Position numbers and translations under genes: made by a program. A DNA stretch of 53,143 nt, taken from the NCBI GenBank assembly GCA_040289515.1, contig PSLI01000010.1:1-53143 (forward strand), read 5' to 3'. This stretch comes from Candidatus Sysuimicrobiota bacterium (lineage in GTDB: Bacteria > Sysuimicrobiota > Sysuimicrobiia > Sysuimicrobiales > Sysuimicrobiaceae). The notes below the pieces were generated by a model. That model saw nothing but the letters and a program-made list of their open reading frames with translations. It had not been told where the DNA came from and did not search any database. Of the stretch, positions 50,520 to 53,143 are shown piece after piece (positions within the stretch are counted from its first letter, which is position 1; each line of letters opens with the position of its first letter).

Positions 50520-50545
50520 CGCCCCGACGGTGACCTACCTCCCTT

Positions 50546-50585
50546 TTTTTTGTTTCGGCTTCCGCTTTTTTGTTTCGGCTTCCGC
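50546..50585 (+). repeat. Perfect 20-bp tandem direct repeat TTTTTTGTTTCGGCTTCCGC x2
   Basis: 50546-50565 is identical to 50566-50585; an inverted copy of the core (GCCGAAAC) sits at 50604-50611. Confidence 0.9.
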
Positions 50586-50636
50586 GGCCGAACTCCTGTG
50601 CGCGCCGAAACGGTTAGGGGTGCGAACGAATGTCCG

Positions 50637-51536
50637 CTAGTGCAGCCGGGCGGCTTGCCCCACCGTGGGCATCTCCGTCACCCAGCTAGCCACGCGGGCG
50701 AACTGCAGCAGGGCGTGCAGATACGTGCGCAGCAGCAGCAGGGTGCGCTCGGGGCCGGCCAGGGAGTCCGCAGTCATGAGGTTCCACCGGGTCTCGACGA
50801 CGGCCCCCAGCCACAGGGCGTGCTCCGTGGTGATCAGGCCCAGGTCCGCGAGGGGGAAGAACACCTGCCAGCGCCGCGCGGGGCGCTCCAGGTCGTACGT
50901 GGTGAGCATGGCCTTGGCCACGCCCGTGGCGGCTCCCGCGCCGTTGCTGAACCACGCCACCACCTGGTTGACGCGCTCTGCATCCTTGGCGGTCTCCTCC
51001 ACGTCCCGGGTCGCCACCTCGATCACCGCCACGGACGCCAACAGCCGCCCGAGTCGCCAGCCCACCCGCAACGGGTCCAGCATGCGCAGGGGCTGCCCGG
51101 GCCAGGTTCGGAACTCCGGGATTCCCTCCCCCAGCCGCCGCGCCTGCTGCAGGACCTCCCGGGCCTCCTCCAGCAACCGTTCCCGCGCGGATTCGATCTT
51201 GGCCTGGCTGTCCCGCAAAAACCGCGCGTGCGCCTCCCGGTCGTTCTCCACCAGCAGCTGGCCCCACCCCAGCATCTCGTACACCACGGGCAGCACGTGC
51301 TGGTTCAGCACGGAGGGCAGCAGCACGCCCTGGGCGGGTCCCAGCGGGTTATCCTCCCCCAGACGCTCCAGGAAGGCCGTCACCTGCTCCTCGGGAGTCT
51401 CCGGCGGGAACACCAGCCCCAGCTCGATGTCCGTGTCCGGATACGTGGCCCCCGAGGGGTAACGGCCGTACACGTACACCGCGCACACCTCGCGGCTGCG
51501 GGAGAAGTACGCGCGCAGCTCCTCGAACGCTCCCAT
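50637..51536 (-). CDS. Fused MntA-like nucleotidyltransferase and HepT/DUF86-like HEPN protein with degenerate catalytic motifs
   Basis: N-half VCAVYVYGRY..DTDIELG..LN..VYEML..GQLLVEND follows the MntA pattern; C-half MLDP..RPARRWQVFFPLADLGLI..ETRWNLMTAD follows the HepT pattern. Recognised by eye. Confidence 0.7.
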   Translation of the reverse strand: MGAFEELRAYFSRSREVCAVYVYGRYPSGATYPDTDIELGLVFPPETPEEQVTAFLERLGEDNPLGPAQGVLLPSVLNQHVLPVVYEMLGWGQLLVENDREAHARFLRDSQAKIESARERLLEEAREVLQQARRLGEGIPEFRTWPGQPLRMLDPLRVGWRLGRLLASVAVIEVATRDVEETAKDAERVNQVVAWFSNGAGAATGVAKAMLTTYDLERPARRWQVFFPLADLGLITTEHALWLGAVVETRWNLMTADSLAGPERTLLLLRTYLHALLQFARVASWVTEMPTVGQAARLH

Positions 51537-51586
51537 CCGGCCCTATGCTACTGCCCCGCCCCCGGCACCGGAACCCCGTGCGGTGT

Positions 51587-51603
51587 CATAGAGGAAATCT
51601 ATG
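51587..51603. promoter_or_regulatory. LysR-type binding box
   Basis: CATAG-N7-CTATG palindrome (T-N11-A) between the divergent LysR and MNT-HEPN genes. Confidence 0.75.
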
Positions 51604-51627
51604 GCGTCCTCGCGAAGAACCCTTCCC

Positions 51628-52524
51628 GTGGAGCTGCAGAACCTGGAGGCGTTCCTGCAGGTGGTGCGGGAGCGGAGCTTCACCCGCGCGGCGGCGGCCC
51701 TGTTTTTGACCCAGCCCTCGGTCACCGCGCGGATCCAGGCCCTGGAACAGGAGATCGGGCGACCCCTGTTCGAGCGCCGGGGCCGCACGGTGCGGCTCAC
51801 GGAGGCCGGCGAGGCGTTCCTGCCGTACGCCCAGCGGGCCCTGGAACTGATCCAGGAGGGTGCTGCGGCGGCCCGGGAGACGGAAGGCCGCGGCACCGTG
51901 CTGGTGGGCGCCACGGTGTCCGCGGCCATCGCCCTGCTGCCGGACCTGCTGGAAGCCTTCCGCCGGGAGCGGCCCGGGGCCAGGGTGGTGGTGCGGTACG
52001 GCCACTCCAACGAGGTGGTGGAGATGCTGCGGGACGGGCTCGCGGACGTAGGGTTCGTGGTCCGTCCCCTGCACGAGCCCTTCATCACCCTCGAGCCCCT
52101 GGTGGCCGACGACATCGTGCTGGTCACGCCTCCCCGCCATCCCCTGGCCGCGCGCCGGCGGATCACCCCGAAGGACCTCGTGGGCCACACCCTCATCTCC
52201 ATGCAGTGGGGCGAAGGATTCGAGGAGTTCGAGCGGTGGATACAGGAGGAGCTGGGCCTGCAGTCCACCATCTGGGTGGACGGTATTCCCCTGGGGGTGA
52301 TCCTCATCAGCCGCGGCATGGGGGTGGGCTTCGCACCCCAGCGGTCGGTGGCGGTGTACGTGCGGGCCGGGATGGTGCGGGTGCGGACGGTACGGGACGT
52401 GCCCCCGGTGCACCGGGAGGTGTTTCTGGCCCTGCGCCGCACCGGGCGACCGTCCGGCACCGTGCAGGCCTTCGTGGAGCTGGTGCACCGCCAGTTCCGC
52501 CGGGAGGCGGCCTCCGCGGGCTGA
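51628..52524 (+). CDS. LysR-family transcriptional regulator
   Basis: LEAFLQVVRERSFTRAAAALFLTQPSVTARIQALEQEIGRPLFER..LTEAG; start set at GTG 51628 because the track's ATG 51601 lies inside the LysR box. Confidence 0.93.
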   Translation: MELQNLEAFLQVVRERSFTRAAAALFLTQPSVTARIQALEQEIGRPLFERRGRTVRLTEAGEAFLPYAQRALELIQEGAAAARETEGRGTVLVGATVSAAIALLPDLLEAFRRERPGARVVVRYGHSNEVVEMLRDGLADVGFVVRPLHEPFITLEPLVADDIVLVTPPRHPLAARRRITPKDLVGHTLISMQWGEGFEEFERWIQEELGLQSTIWVDGIPLGVILISRGMGVGFAPQRSVAVYVRAGMVRVRTVRDVPPVHREVFLALRRTGRPSGTVQAFVELVHRQFRREAASAG

Positions 52525-52558
52525 CCGCTTACCGGATGCGCTTGCCCAGCTGACCACC

Positions 52559-53143
52559 TCACGCCACCTGCGCCCACACCTCCGACAGCGCCTCCGCCTG
52601 CTCTATCACCGTCTGCGTGGCCTTCTCCTGCCTGTCCGGTGGGTAGCCGTACTTGCGCAGGATGCGTTTCACAAGGACGCGAAGATGCGCCCGGACGTTC
52701 TCGCGCACGGTCCAGTCCACCGTGACGTTGGCACGGACCGTCCGGACCAGCTCCTGCGCGATCTTCCTCAGGGTCGGCTCGCCCAGCACCTTCACCGCGC
52801 TGTCGTTGGTCTCCAGCGCGTCGTAAAAGGCCAGCTCCTCTTCGGTGAGCCCGAGCTCTTCGCCGCGTCGATCGGCCTCCCGCATCTCTCTGGCCAGCGC
52901 GAGCAATTCTTCAAGCACCTGCGCGGCCTCCACGGCCCGGTTTTGGTAGCGGCGGATGGCCTGCTCGAGCATCTCGGCGAACGAGCGGGCCTGGACCAAG
53001 TTCTTCCGCCGGCGTGTCCGAATCTCCCCGGAGAGCAGTTTCCGCAATAGCTCCACCGCCAAGTTCTTCTGCGGCATGCCGCGCACCTCGGCCAGGAACT
53101 CGTCGGAGAGGATCGAGATGTCGGGCTTTTTGAGGCCGGCCGC
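52559..53143 (-). CDS. hsdR: Type I restriction endonuclease R subunit, C-terminal part (DUF3387-like; runs off the window end)
   Basis: Frame is open to the window edge: [64 protein letters not shown]. Confidence 0.9.
   Translation of the reverse strand, partial: AAGLKKPDISILSDEFLAEVRGMPQKNLAVELLRKLLSGEIRTRRRKNLVQARSFAEMLEQAIRRYQNRAVEAAQVLEELLALAREMREADRRGEELGLTEEELAFYDALETNDSAVKVLGEPTLRKIAQELVRTVRANVTVDWTVRENVRAHLRVLVKRILRKYGYPPDRQEKATQTVIEQAEALSEVWAQVA

Noticed and set aside
50546..50585. CRISPR interpretation of the tandem repeat or the 13-bp arrays
   Set aside because: No spacers, too few and too short units, and no cas genes in the window.
49185..52553. Very long alternative-frame ORFs (49185-52553, 40400-42580, 19128-21086, 26495-28474, 12941-14605 and others)
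   Set aside because: They lie antisense to or out of frame with clearly recognisable genes, have no motifs, and are the expected shadow of GC-rich codon usage.

Overview
GC-rich, gene-dense bacterial chromosomal window, probably from a thermophile (inferred from the THEP1-type NTPase and the Thermus/Chloroflexota/Armatimonadota-like gene styles; taxonomy not established). From left to right: the 5' end of tuf, cut by the window edge; a catabolic islet (IclR regulator, Liv-type ABC transporter, hutU, hutI, ureohydrolase; no hutH) lying between tuf and tRNA-Thr(GGT); a four-tRNA cluster (Thr, Leu, Gly, Cys) that also holds an unannotated 22-aa membrane-peptide ORF, a near-consensus sigma-54 promoter in front of a structured ORF-less stretch, and a peroxiredoxin; folP-folE-FecCD permease; a HisC-family aminotransferase and a second Liv-type ABC system; uvrC; an aminotransferase; a THEP1 NTPase; an orphan BcsA-like synthase with two PilZ-like domains, flanked by inverted degenerate 13-bp repeat arrays; a long replication/repair run (dnaE-polA-[Nudix-MOSC fusion]-coaE-uvrB-VOC-uvrA-lhr) headed by two NrdR-box-like sites 31 bp apart; gabT; gatCAB; an Nfu_N protein; rpoN with a CxxC-x8-CxxC insert; an NtrC-like activator (GAFTSA); a fused MNT-HEPN protein with both catalytic motifs degenerate, divergent from a LysR regulator; and the 3' end of a type I restriction hsdR. 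The best novelty candidates are the degenerate MNT-HEPN/LysR/sigma-54 module, the Nudix-MOSC fusion, the NrdR-like boxes on dnaE, and the sigma-54-driven ncRNA candidate. All calls come from reading motifs by eye; no database searches were run.
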